A stretch of DNA of 64,000 nucleotides from Octopus bimaculoides (GCF_001194135.2 NC_068988.1:38036282-38100281); one strand, 5' to 3'; shown: positions 39,899 to 52,004, numbered from the stretch's first letter. Made by a program: numbers and translations. The notes: generated by a model not told the origin, from the letters alone.

Positions 39899-40292
39899 GT
39901 GCCGATGTGGCTGTGTAGTTAAGAAGCTTACTTCCCAACCATGTGGTCTTGGGTTCAGTCCTGCTGTGCAGTACCTTAGGTGTCTTTTACTGTAACCTAG
40001 GACTGACCACAGCCTTGTTGGTGGATTTGGTAGATGGAAACTGAAAAGAAGCCATGTTTGTATATATATGTGTATGTATGTATGTCTGTATGCATTCATA
40101 TGTATATATGTGTGTGTGTTTGTGCTGTTGCTTGGCAGCTGGTGGTGATTTGTGTAAGCCCCCCATAACTTAGTTGTTCAGCAAAAGAGACTGATAAAAT
40201 AAGTACCAAGCTTTAAAAAAAAATGTACTGGGGTCGATTTGTTCAATAAAATACCCTTTATGGTGATGCCCAGCATGTCTGAAACAAGTAAA
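39899..40292 (+). mobile_element. SINE family A
   Basis: Family head, (TATG)n interior and tail. Confidence 0.75.
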
Positions 40293-40381
40293 TGGTGAAA
40301 GATAATTATATTTTTCTATGTCAACCAGTATGCATTTTTGCACAGTGATTCTATCATACCAGTTAATACAATGAAGGCTAT

Positions 40382-40425
40382 ACTTTGCTGATGAGATCAT
40401 AAGAAGACCGAAACATGTCTGGAGT
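40382..40425 (+). ncRNA. Minimal type I hammerhead ribozyme motif (Penelope-like-element type), core intact
   Basis: ACUUUG-CUGAUGA-GAUC(AUAAGAA)GACC-GAAA-CAUG-UC|UGGAGU. Canonical CUGAUGA and GAAA core; stem II 3/4 paired including G10.1-C11.1; palindromic ACAUGU stem III; GUC cleavage triplet (cut after 40419); 6-bp stem I with three G-U pairs. Confidence 0.75.
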
Positions 40426-41752
40426 TGTTCTGGTATTTGCCAAACTTGTGTAAAATAATATTAATCAATGACTAATTTGTTTTAGTTCTAATTAGATTTT
40501 TATAATTCTCTGGATTAACTATGCGAAGACTAACTTCAAATAAACTGAAATTTACCATCATTCACAACATTGTTATCCCCACCTCCAGCCTTCTGTCACT
40601 CTCCTCTCGCATTCTTACAAACTTATCCATCTACCCTTCATAGTCCTCTGTGTATTCTCTTTTGTATTCACTATTTCATACCTTGAGAGTACATTCTGAC
40701 ATCTTAGCACCATCATTTCTCTCTCTCTCTCTCTCTCTCTTTCCAGCTACTCCCACTCACCCTTATATAATGTGGGGTAGCTCTGTATCTCCTCTATAGC
40801 AAGAGACCTGTGCCTGTCCCTCTATCATACTTTTCCTCCAATCACCTAGCATAAAGCCACCTTCCTCTCTATTAAATCCCCGAGTTACACAATGACCTTA
40901 CTAATGCCAGTGCCTTGAAAAAAGTATGCCAAGTAACCAGTACTCTCTGCAAAGCGACTGGCATTAGGAAAGGCATGCAAGTGTAGAAGCCATGCAACTG
41001 TAGAAGCCATGCTAAAGCAAACTTTGGAACTCAATGCACTTCTGTGCCACATCAAATCCTGTCAGACCATTGAACCCATGCTAGCATGGAAGACAAATGT
41101 TTATTGGTGGTGTTGATGATATCAATAATCGCCTATATTGAGTCATATCCTTATTATAGTTTATAGTACCACTTTGGAATTAATACTTGGCTGCAGTTTT
41201 GGGTGAGGATGGGATCAGCTAGTTATGACAGTCTTACAATTCAAGAATTATTTACCTCTTACTTCCAAGCTGTTCAATGAAAATTGCAGAAAGCTATTTA
41301 TTAAAATGTAAATGACATTTTACCAGATACAACCCATTTTACATAATAGTACAAGATTGACAGCTAGACATTAACTCTTAAAATCCTGTAGTTGTTTCCT
41401 TATATTAATCACCCATTCTTTTTAGAAATTAGAGATTTTAATGAGGTCTTAGTCCAGTATAAAAATCATAAAAACATAATTATTGCATGGATGGCAATAA
41501 ATGATCATTAGTGTACCTTGTGAATGTGGATTTTAATTGGTATCATGTCACAGTCTCCTACCCATGTAGGCTGAATACAGTTAATGACATATCAGTGATT
41601 TCACATGTATTTTACCAGATCCAAATTTGTTCTGCAATACTTTATACCATTTACTAATGAAGGCGTAATTTAAAACAAACCAGCTACTCACTTGCTCAGA
41701 ATTGATAAATCCCAACATCACTTAGATAGCTGGTGTGTATATATGACATTGT

Positions 41753-42096
41753 GAAGGTGCGTGGCTCAGTAGTTAGAACATCAGGGTCACAATCATGGGG
41801 TAGTGAGTACAATTCCCAGACCGGCTGTGTGTTGTTTTCTAGAGCAAGACACTTTATTTCACGTTGCTCCAGTTCATTCAGCTGTAGAAATGAGTTGCGG
41901 TCTCACTGGTGCCAAGCTGTATCAGCCTTTGCTTTTCCCTTGGATAACATCGGTGGCATGGAACGGGGAGGCCGGTATGCATGAGTGACTGCTGGTCTTC
42001 CATAAACAACCTTGCCCAGACTTGTGCCTTGGAGGGGAACTTTCTAGGTGCAATCCCATGGTCATTCATGATCAAAGGGGGGGTCTTTACCCTTTT
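41753..42096 (+). mobile_element. SINE family D, full length
   Basis: Complete head, core and tail. Confidence 0.85.
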
Positions 42097-42562
42097 CTTA
42101 TATATGACATTGAAATATCACTAATTATTTTCTCCAATTCCAAGCTTTCTTTCTCTAACTTAATCATTAATAAATAATATCATCGACTTCTCTAACTCAC
42201 CACTAAAGCCATTAACCACCACCATGCTCAAAGATCAAAGGCAGAAAAATCTGATGAAGTTCACCTGACGGTCATCCTTGTTTTAATATTCATTCTCCGA
42301 TGTTCACATGAGTTAGATGGAATCTTGTTGTGGCGAATTTTCTAAAGCTGGGTACTCTTCCTGTTGCCACCCCTCACCTGTCTTCAAATAAGTTAATATT
42401 TTTCCATGACCAGCCATATTTTCACAGAAGATTAGGAACGAAGGACTGCTTGCATGACAGAAACATTCATTTACATCCATCATGTGGTGCCAAGGCAAGG
42501 AAATAGTAACATACAGATATAAACACGATGGGCTTCATTCAGTTTCGTCTACCAAATCTACT

Positions 42563-42703
42563 CATTATCACCACCACCATCATCCTCATCATGATCACGA
42601 CCATCACCACTACCACCACCATCCTCATCACCACCACCATCACCACCCTTGTCATTACCACCACCACCACCAACAGCATCATAACCACCACCATCACCAC
42701 CAC
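42563..42703. repeat. (CAC/CAT)n trinucleotide repeat
   Basis: Direct inspection; source of the spurious poly-His/Thr ORFs. Confidence 0.95.
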
Positions 42704-42772
42704 AAAATAGGTGAAACTAGTCTAGTCTAGTTACTTTAGAGACAGTCATGGGGCAGTTACTTCTCCTGTCAG

Positions 42773-42806
<34 letters not shown>

Positions 42807-43259
42807 AGCAATGTACTGTATCAGTCAAATGGATAATGACCCTTGAAAGCAGTGATTGTAATCCAATGACTGAAATCAATAAAAGAACTAACTCTAACCC
42901 TCAGTTATCTTCCCTTCCCAGTCCAGAAGGATTTAGAAAGGCAATGGGTTCCAAAAATTATTCAAAATAAATAAGACAAGATACATCAAATCATATTTTA
43001 ATGTTTTTTTTTATATATTTTTGGTATGTGTTTTTTTTTTTTCCATGTTAGCATGATTTAGATAATCTTAAAAGGAGATATTTGCATATAAATATTATGC
43101 AAATTGGATATTTGCATCGATTATTATTAAGGCAGATGCTGTTATTGTTGTTACTGCTAAAACGACATTTCTAACTTCCATTAATGAGTTTTAATGACAA
43201 AATTTGATGAAAATTAATTTGATCAAATTATCAAAATATTCTGAGATTGTGTGTCATCA

Positions 43260-44455
43260 ATGGTACTTATGTGTGTGATAGTATGTGTGTGTGTGTGTGT
43301 ATGTGGTTATATGTGTGTATGTGGTTATATGTGTGTATGCATGTGTGATAATGAGTGTGTGGCAATGTATGTGCATGTATATATGTGTGTGTGGTAGTAA
43401 ATAAGTATGTGTAGTTGTGGGTGTATGTGTGTGTACTTTGCCCTGTGTGTGTATGTGCTGTAATTTGTGTGTGGCACTGTGTTTGTGTGCTTGTGTGTGT
43501 GCATGCATGACAATGTGTATGCGTGTGCGTGTCTGTGTGTTTTGTCCTTGGCAAGATCTCTTGTTGCATTTCTCTGGCAGCAAAATCGGTAAATAATGGC
43601 TGTGTTGACATGCCAATGGTTGCAGCGATGTGGGTGTAGGGGCAGCAGTATTCACTTGTGGTGGTGGTGGTAGTAGTAGTATTAGTAGACATAGAGGCAA
43701 AGTGGTGGTGGTGGTGGTGGTAGTAGTAATATTGTAGTTACTAAAAGGCAGCGAACTGGCAGAAATGTTAGCATGCCAGGTGAAATGCTTAGCAGTATTT
43801 CGTTTATCTTTTATGTTCTGAATTCAAATTCCACCAAAGTCAACTTAGTCTTTTATCCTTTTGGGGTCGATAAATTAAATACCAGTTGCATACTGGGGTC
43901 AATCTAATTGACTGGCCCTTCCCCAAAAATTTCGGGCCTTGTGCCTAGAGTAGAAAAGAATATTGTAGTTATTATAATTTTGAAGGAATAAAAACAGTAA
44001 TGACTATTGTGCCACAGTTGTAGGCATAATTGTGGTTGTGGTAGTTGTTTGTAGTGGTGATGTGGTAGTAAGGTATAGAGGTTAGTTTTGTGATGTTGAG
44101 TCTAGTGAATGTAGTCTTGCAGTAGTGGTAGTAGCTGTAACAATGTGGTAGTAATTGTAGTGTTTTGGTAGTGGGTGTTGTGTGTGAGTGTATGCGCCTA
44201 TCCATTTATATATGTGTATATAGGTGTATATGTATGTGAGAATTGTTGTTTTGGTTGTAGAGGTGTGTGTGTATGAACATGCATATGTATGTACGTATGT
44301 ATTTAAGTATCTATATATATACATATATAGGTACAGTTGTATGTGTGTATGTTTGTACATATGTGTGCATGTATGTATGTACATATGTGTGCGTGTATGT
44401 AAGCACATCTATGCATGTACATATGTGTGTATGTATGTACATATATATACATGTA

Positions 44456-44501
<46 letters not shown>

Positions 44502-44810
44502 CACACACAAATACACATGTGAGTATATATATATGTACATATGTATGTGAGTGTATATATATATATACATGAGTATATATATGTGTACATATGTGTGAGT
44601 GTATATATATATATACATGAGTATATATATGTGTACATATGTATGTGTGTATATATATACGTGAGTATATATATGTGTACATATGTGTGTATATATATAC
44701 GTGAGTATATATATGTGTATATATGTATTGTGAGTTTGTATATGTGCTTGTGTATGTGTGTATGTACAGGTGTGTGTGTATATGTGTGTATGTATGTATG
44801 TATGTAAACC
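43260..44810. repeat. Compound (TG)/(TA)/(GGT)/(GTA) low-complexity block with a 40-50-bp higher-order unit at 44515-44725
   Basis: GAGTATATATATGTGTACATATGT(A/G)TG...TATATATAC(A/G)T is repeated about five times. Confidence 0.9.
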
Positions 44811-45218
44811 AATAGTCCACTGTAGTATTTACCAGTGGGGCTGGTCACTATTGAAAAGAAAGAAATTCTGCATTACAGAAAACACAATTCTATATCATAA
44901 GTGGTTGGGATAGATATATACCTGTTTCCATATCATTAAAACTAGCCTTCAGTATTCAATTAGCTTTGTGATATTTGATGATACTGTAATATTTTTATGT
45001 ATATTACCAGGGGACACAGCTTGGCTATCTATGGCAGTATGCATGTATGTATATATGTATAGGGGACTAATGAAATGTGATAGAGTAGTGGCTGTAATGT
45101 TAAGGAACAACAGGTGTTATATGTTCCCTGGGGCAAGGACTCTAAATAACACGTTCGTTGTAATCTAGCAACAGAGCAGGTAAGTAATGTGTGTGTGTGT
45201 GATACAGCAATGCATAGT

Positions 45219-45605
45219 GTTGTTGTTGGCACTCCGTCGCTTACGACGACGAGGGTTCCAGTTGATCCGATCAATGGAACAGCCTGCTCATGAAATTAAC
45301 GTGCAAGTGGTTGAGCACTCCACAGACACGTGTACCATTAATGTAGTTCTCGGGGATATTCAGCGTGACACAGTGTGACAAGGCTGACCCTTTGAATTAC
45401 AGGCACAACAGAAACAGGAAGTAAAAGTGAGAGAAAGTTGTGGTGAAAGAGTACAGCAGGGTTTGCCACCATCCCTTGCTGGAGCCTCATGGAGCTTTAG
45501 GTGTTTTCGCTCAAAAAACACTCACAACGCCCGGTCTGGGAATCGAAACCGCGGTCGTAAGACCGCGAGTCTGCTGCCCTAACCATTGGGCCATTGCGCC
45601 TCCAC
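45219..45605 (-). mobile_element. Full-length SINE family F with TSD
   Basis: tRNA-like head (TGGCCCAATGG and GGTTTCGATTCCC boxes); TSD ACAGCAATGCATA(G/A)T at 45204-45218 and 45606-45620. Another head starts at 63981. Confidence 0.9.
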
Positions 45606-46318
45606 ACAGCAATGCATAATACTGTTAACTACAAGAATCTGAAATGAAGACTTTCTAAGCAAGAATGATTAAAGAAGTAATGGCCACATAGAACCAGTCA
45701 TGAGGGCAGGATGAAGAATTTTGCATCACAACTTTGTAATTCCAGATCTGGTCTCCTTTGAAAGCATCTTTGGCAAATATCTTCTGCGATAACTTAGGAT
45801 TGACTGATGCTTTGTAAGGGAAATTTGATTGATGGAAACCATGCCGAAGACTGTTTTATATCATCATCATCATTTAATATCTGTGTTTCATGCTGGCATG
45901 GGTTGGATGGTTGAACAGGAGTTGGTAAGCCAGAGGACTGCGCTGAGCTTGTCTGTCTGCTTTTGGCATCGTTTCTATGGCTGGATGCCCTTCCTAAAAT
46001 CAACCACTTTAAAGAGTGTACTGGGTAGTTTTTATGTAGTACCAGCACCGGTGCTGGTGTTTTATATATACAATTAGTACTGCATCATTACAGCTATCAC
46101 CACCATTGTGTGATTATAATCACCATCTCACCACCTCAAAACTAATCACTATAGCAAGTTCTCTCAGCTGTAAATATGTCACCCTGTGACTGACTAGTTT
46201 TCCAACCAGGGAAATGTTGGCTTGCTTGCCTAGCCAGTGGAATAGCACCATTCGAAAGCTAAAACAATGCAAAGTGCATTGTGAACAGTGATGTGTAACA
46301 TCCAATAGTCTGGTCGAT

Positions 46319-46366
<48 letters not shown>

Positions 46367-46559
46367 TCTTTTACTCATTTCAGCCATGCGGCTGAGGTCA
46401 TGCTCGAGCACCACTGTGGATATATATATTGTGCTATTCTTACAGCATTAAGAGTTTTTAACTCATATTTCTAGCAATGTAGATGCTGTTTTGCACCCTC
46501 AGTCACAGTGATGATTGAATGTTTCCTTTATGGTATTATGTTGTGCCTAGGTGCTATAT

Positions 46560-46762
46560 TCTTTTACTTGTTTCAATCATTTGATTGCAGCCATGCTGGA
46601 GCACTACCTTTAGTCGAACAAATCGACCCCAGTACTTATTCTTTGTAAGCCTAGTACTTATTCTACTGGCCTCTTTTGCTGAACTGCTAAGTTATGGGGA
46701 CATAAACAGACCAACATCTGTTGTCAAGCAATGGTGGGGGGTTCAAACACAGACGCACAAAC

Positions 46763-46833
<71 letters not shown>

Positions 46834-46990
46834 CGGGCTTCTTTCAGTTTCTGTCTACCAAATCCACTCACAAGGCTTTGGTTGGCCCAAGGCTATAGTA
46901 GTAGACACTTCCCCAAGGTGCCATACAGTGGGACTGAACCTAGAACCATGTGGCTGATAAGCAAACAACTTACCACACAGCCACTCCTGT
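46560..46990 (-). mobile_element. SINE family A with expanded internal (TA)n
   Basis: Full-length family sequence; (TA)n at 46767-46830. Confidence 0.8.
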
Positions 46991-47005
46991 GTCTAGAATT
47001 TATTA

Positions 47006-47062
47006 TGACCCTAACGTGATTCGAACACAGGGTTAGATGCGCTACTGTTGCACCACATATTT
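47006..47062 (-). pseudogene. tRNA-Trp-like pseudogene with anticodon-arm deletion
   Basis: Minus strand ...GTGGTGCAACAGTAGCGCATCTAAC-CC-TGTGTTCGAATCACGTTAGGGTCA. Against metazoan tRNA-Trp(CCA) as recalled: 21/25 in the 5' half and 20/24 in the 3' half, about 15 nt missing across the anticodon loop/variable region, most changes CpG-type. Confidence 0.65.
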
Positions 47063-47399
47063 GTCGGTCTGTCTCATGCAAATGTGATTTTTGCATAATA
47101 AATTTTCTCTGACGAATTTCAAATAGGAAATTCTTTGTATGTCTTATATAACTATCTAACATGTAAATCTTTGTAATTCCTATTAGCAAATGAAACATGA
47201 GTAATGAAGAATAAATAATGCCAAAAATTTCCCACTTTCCTTTTATATATACATGTATATAAAATGGAGATGTATTTGCATAGCAAGTGTTTTGATCTGA
47301 GATCTTCTGCTGAAACTAAAGCAATTGCAGCATAGATGACATAAATTAATCATTCAGAAATACACAGACTGTTGACTTCATGTAAATATTTATTTATAA

Positions 47400-48531
47400 C
47401 TAACAGAGATACCCAGTATTGCTCAGGATCAGGATTTATATGGCATAGTTTGTACATATGGTACAGTTAATTTGAAATATGACACAGGGAAGTGTAGCAT
47501 TGACAAGAAAACATTTGTTGAGTAAATGAAGGGCTAATTCAACTAAGTGACATGTCATGTATCTGTTTGTCCGGGAAAAGTGGGTGGGAGTATGTGATTT
47601 TTGAATGCACCAAAAATCTCTCAATGGATATGCTCTCCTTTGCGGCTGTTGGCGCTGCCGCTACCATACTGAACAATCAGCAGGCATAGGAACTACATCT
47701 ATATGATAAATTAAGCCTGTAGGCATACTCAACAGCACCACATAAGAGAAATCTACATGAAAAAAATGACGCGATAAGTGGGAGAGTTGGCAAGGAAGTG
47801 CTTGTAAACAACACTGTAATGCGATATTTCAGTTTTGAATCAATAGTTGTGGCTCAACCATGCACTCCTTCACATAAACAGTGTGTGACCATTGCGAGGA
47901 CAACTCAGCTCAATGAAAATAATTTTGCATGCAGTGTCCAGGCACGCAAGGTCACATTAAGGACATAGTCTCTAACTAACATGGTTGGGTCTTAGACACC
48001 ATAAATTAGTACGTTAATGTACATGCAATATTTCGGTCTGTAATCAATAGCTGAAGAATATATGTACGGGCTTTGTCTATGCTTAGAAGGAAGACTTTGA
48101 TACTGAAGCTAAAAGAAAATAATTGAATAACATATTTTAGCATATTTTTCATAATAGACATAATGCGTTCCAAACAGTTTTTATTCCAACAAATTGCTAC
48201 CTATGTCACTACAGGAGCAGGCTATTATTGCTACCACTTTGACAACACAATTTGAAGTCTACATGGGTTCATCCATTTAATACAACCTACTGTTTTTTCC
48301 AGTTTGGACAGAATGTGTAGACAATGCAGGTAGTCATATGTATCCCAAGAAAGGGGGTTTGCTTCCCCTAGCGGCCCCATTATGTGAAATATTTTGAGTC
48401 TAAAACCATTTCTGGAACGTAAGTAAAGTATATTCCCATTTTGGAGAAAATAAGTTCCAAACTTCAGAAGTTATCCAGGTTTACACACACACACACATAT
48501 CTTCAGTTATATATATATATATATATATATA
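47400..48531 (-). mobile_element. Putative non-autonomous Helitron, about 1.1 kb
   Basis: The minus-strand 5' end resembles TCTATATA...(GT)n..AAACC..ATAACTTCT. The putative 3' end CCTGAGCAATACTGGGTATCTCTGTTAG|T looks like a CpG-decayed CCCGAGCAACGCCGGG hairpin plus CTAG|T. The terminal 170 bp is repeated at 48855-49026. Confidence 0.45.
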
Positions 48532-48854
48532 GGAGAATATACAAAAAATAACAACAGACGAGGACAGGTGGTGTAAATAACAAAAGTATATATTAGTATG
48601 ACGCTCGGGAATACGGAAAGTATTACAGAAGGTTCCAAGTAATGGTGTAGCTCAGTCAACGGTGGTGTTCCAGCATGACTGCAGCTTTAAAGCTGAAACA
48701 TTTTAATATTAAAATAGAAAAATAGTATATATAAAATAATATAATATAAATATATAGAGAGGTAGAGAAATTAACTTAAGTACGTCATCAATAGTAATGT
48801 CCCTTGAACCAACGAAGCAACCAAGTTATGCAATCGCTGATATTGTTTACTTAG

Positions 48855-49025
48855 GAAAGGGGGTTTTCTGCCCCCCCCATTACTCATGTGAAAAATTTTA
48901 AGAGTCTAAAACCATCTCTGGAATATAAGTAGTGTATATTCCCAGTTTGGAGAAAATCAGTTGAGAACTTGAGAAGTTATGTAGGTTTACACACACACAC
49001 ACACCCTCTGTTTTATATGAATAGA
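48855..49025 (-). mobile_element. Second copy of the Helitron-type 5' terminal segment
   Basis: Diverged direct repeat of 48349-48510; minus-strand start A|TCTATTCATATAAAA. Confidence 0.55.
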
Positions 49026-49266
49026 TACAGTGTCGGAATTTTTTGTTGCTTGGAATTCTTACCTGTTCACTGACTGAGATGCAGCCAGATGTTTTGTCCA
49101 TAAACAAGTCACAGTTTTAAGCAATGAAAATTTTGACACCATATTACAGATAAATGTTTAAGCGAATTGATAATCTTTATTTCTGAATGGGTTGATTTAT
49201 GTCTTCGTGCTTTGCACTTGTGAGCCTGATGATATTTAAATATGCATGTATGTGTATGTATATATA

Positions 49267-50114
49267 CGTGGTCTGATCAATAAGTACCTGGATTGTTGTT
49301 ATAGTAAAGAATCTAAAGCATGCAGGGCAAAGCCACTTGGCACAGGTTGACCTTGAGCTCTGCTGTGCAGCACACTAAATTTTAATTTTCTAGTTCACTT
49401 CTGTTGTTTACAGCAGTGCTTGGAAGGAAGATGTGTAGCGTGTGATTGTCCATTGACCATGGCAGAGAATCTGCATAAAATTTGCCAAAAACCTTGGCGA
49501 TACCTGTTCAGAAGCCTACACAAAGTTTTCAAAAAGTTTGCATTGTTCTCATGACAGTCAAGGAGATCTTGTGCAACTGAAATCCGAGTGTCTTTTTGGT
49601 CAGCTGAAAGCAGTTTTGACAAACATGTGTTTCATACCCAAATCTTCAGTGACAATAGACTGAACTGAGCCCTAACTAATCTGCACCTCCTCTGATAACT
49701 CATGGATAGTGATTTGACAATTTCCACGCACTTCTGCAATATTTTTCTCAGTTCTGCTAGTTGTGGGTTCTCCCAGAACATTTGTCAATATCGACATTTT
49801 TACAGCCATCTTGAAACACTTGGAACACAGCCATCTTGGAATACTCGTACACTTGTGTGCGACTTATACACTTACTGCAACTTTGCATAGCCCTCTGAGC
49901 AGATATCACTATGACAACTTTCTCTATCATGGTCAATGCAATGATCACACACTACACACCTTCCTTTCAAGCACTGCTGTAAACAGCGGAAGTAAGCTAA
50001 AATGTTAAAACTTAGTGCATATGCACAGCAAAGTTCAAGGTCAATCTGTGCCAAGTAGCTTCACTTTGCATGCTTTAGCTTCGTTACTATGGCAACAGTC
50101 CGGATCAGACCTCG
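49267..50114. mobile_element. Mariner-derived fold-back element made of two inverted 5' ends
   Basis: About 200-bp inverted arms (49267-49468 vs 49921-50114), TA on the left flank. The + strand reads ICIKFAKNLGDTCSEAY; the - strand reads SRTQVYE..FQDG..NVD.D..SGR and KLLSADQKDTRISVAQDLLD. Both are mariner N-terminal sequence. Confidence 0.85.
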
Positions 50115-51256
50115 TGTGTGTATGTATATATGTGTGTGTGTGTATGTACATATGTATGTGTGTATAAAAAATGTGTGTACAAATATATGTATAACTGCAA
50201 TGGTCAAGTTTGGCACTCCACATAGAGTGTCATAGTCCAGTCTGCTTCCAGTAGAGTGGTTAAGCAACTACTATACTTAGTTGTATTACTTGTAATAGTA
50301 TACAGAACAAACATGTGAGAAATTGTGATAAACACAAGTTTATATTATTTGTTCCCTACATATGTTTATTCATTGTGGTTGCTTGAAACTTTACATTGGA
50401 TGTGCCAAGTACTGTTTGATGCTTAACAACAATGGATCATCAGAGAACATTTAGTTTATGGTAACGTAATTGAATAAAATGTTCCCTTGATGATCTGTTG
50501 TTGTTAAAGCCTCCAATTACACTTGGAACATCCAAGGCAGAGTTCCAAACGAATACAATAGTGAAATGTGTGTCAGAACAAATATTTATAAGCCTGTACT
50601 AGTAATTTCTCCTCTTTATGTGTATGTGTGTGTGTTTTGCTGGTGTCTATCAGTGAAAAGATTAAAATAAACTTGTATATTTGAACATAAATACCTTGTG
50701 GTATTTATTGTGTCTGAGCTGTCCAGATAGTAATCCCTTGTAACACTTAACATCAGAAATGCAGTGAAGCAGTGATTGATTGATCCCATTGGGACCTGTA
50801 ACTATTTACATTATTCACAAAATACAAGACAGCAAATAACTGCCAAGAAATGTTATCATTGTTGTTTAGCACTTGGCAATTTCAGATCAAATTAGCACAG
50901 TTTTGAGACAAGTGAATCAATCAGCTTGGTGGTGGTAATGCTATGCATATGTCCCTTCTTTTTCAGTGTGTACCATGTATACTTATTTACTTTCTTCCAT
51001 TTTATTGTTTTTTTTTTTTATCATTTCATTATATGTAAACACCCACACTTTATGTCTATCCTTGTATTGTCCCCTTCAACCTTCACCCTTGTGGCAAATA
51101 AATGAAATCATTATCATCATCATCATCATTAGTAGTAGTAATTTAACCATTAGCATTTGCACTGACCATATCAGAGCCCAATATCCTACCCGTTTTTATG
51201 TTCAAATTAGTCTCGAGGCTTATGAAACAATTCATGCATAATTCAAAGCAATGTGA

Positions 51257-51848
51257 ACAAGAGCACTCAGAGAGTGCAAACCTCCACCAAGGCAACACCA
51301 ACCTCCTCTCAACGATTAGTTAGAGATGATTTTTAAAATGAGAATATCTGAAATAAACTTGGCTGCTCTCACAAAGGAGAAAACTAGAAATGAACTCAAC
51401 CGCTCTCAAAAATTAAGTAAAAAAGAACAGGAAAAATAATCCAGAATCCTTGTCTGGTACCTGATTGATCCCAATGCTAGTCATGGAATGTGACAGTGGT
51501 TGTATAAAACTTAATAACAGTAATAAATAGTTTATCCTTGTCTAATACAAGCTAATGTTAACAAATTCACCATTCAAAGTAGTTACAGACTAAAGGGAGA
51601 TAATTAAGAACGGTTTGAAAGTTAATGTAAGATCATAATCATGTAAAGTAAATATAACTAATAATCCAGAATCCTTGTCTGGTACTGGATCGATCCCAAA
51701 ATTTAATCAGTTCGAGCCAGTCATGATGCCAAACATCCCTGAAAGTTTCATTCAAATCCATCCGACAGTTCTTGAGATATCTTGTCCACAGACAAACAAA
51801 CAAACAAATGTGACTGAAAACAATACCTTCGCTAAGGCAGAAGTAATA
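51257..51848 (-). mobile_element. Helentron-associated non-autonomous element (HINE/DINE-1-like) nested in a piggyBac-type MITE
   Basis: Related subterminal motifs ACCTCCACCAAGGCA and ACCTTCGCTAAGGCAGAAGT, a (CAAA)n tract, and an internal 25-bp direct repeat (51436-51460, 51661-51685). It splits a copy of the TTAA-type MITE. Confidence 0.6.
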
Positions 51849-51968
51849 AATAATTCAGAGTAATAATTTAGATTAATCTGAATGCTAAAAAGTTAAATTG
51901 ATAAAATTGCAACAAAAATTACAACTCAATAACTATTATTGTAATATACTAAATAAAAAAAACCCCAG

Positions 51969-52004
51969 TTTTTTTCATTTTTTTTTTTTTTTAATATTCT
52001 ACAG
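51969..52004 (+). promoter_or_regulatory. 3' splice acceptor upstream of Ggamma paralog 2
   Basis: T-rich tract followed by ...TTCTACAG|GTGACATG; AG at 52003-52004, 5 nt before the ATG. Confidence 0.75.

Noticed and set aside
42482-44848. His-, Thr- and HT/YI-rich ORFs up to 181 aa
   Set aside because: They are translations of microsatellites, open in several frames on both strands.
46992-47035. Hairpin plus CTAG read as a Helitron 3' end
   Set aside because: The sequence is better explained as the T-arm/acceptor half of a tRNA-Trp pseudogene, and CTAG is not followed by T.
48532-48615. Short CpG-containing insert after (TA)n, possibly a Penelope-type terminus
   Set aside because: Truncated before any diagnostic motif, so it cannot be supported from this window alone.
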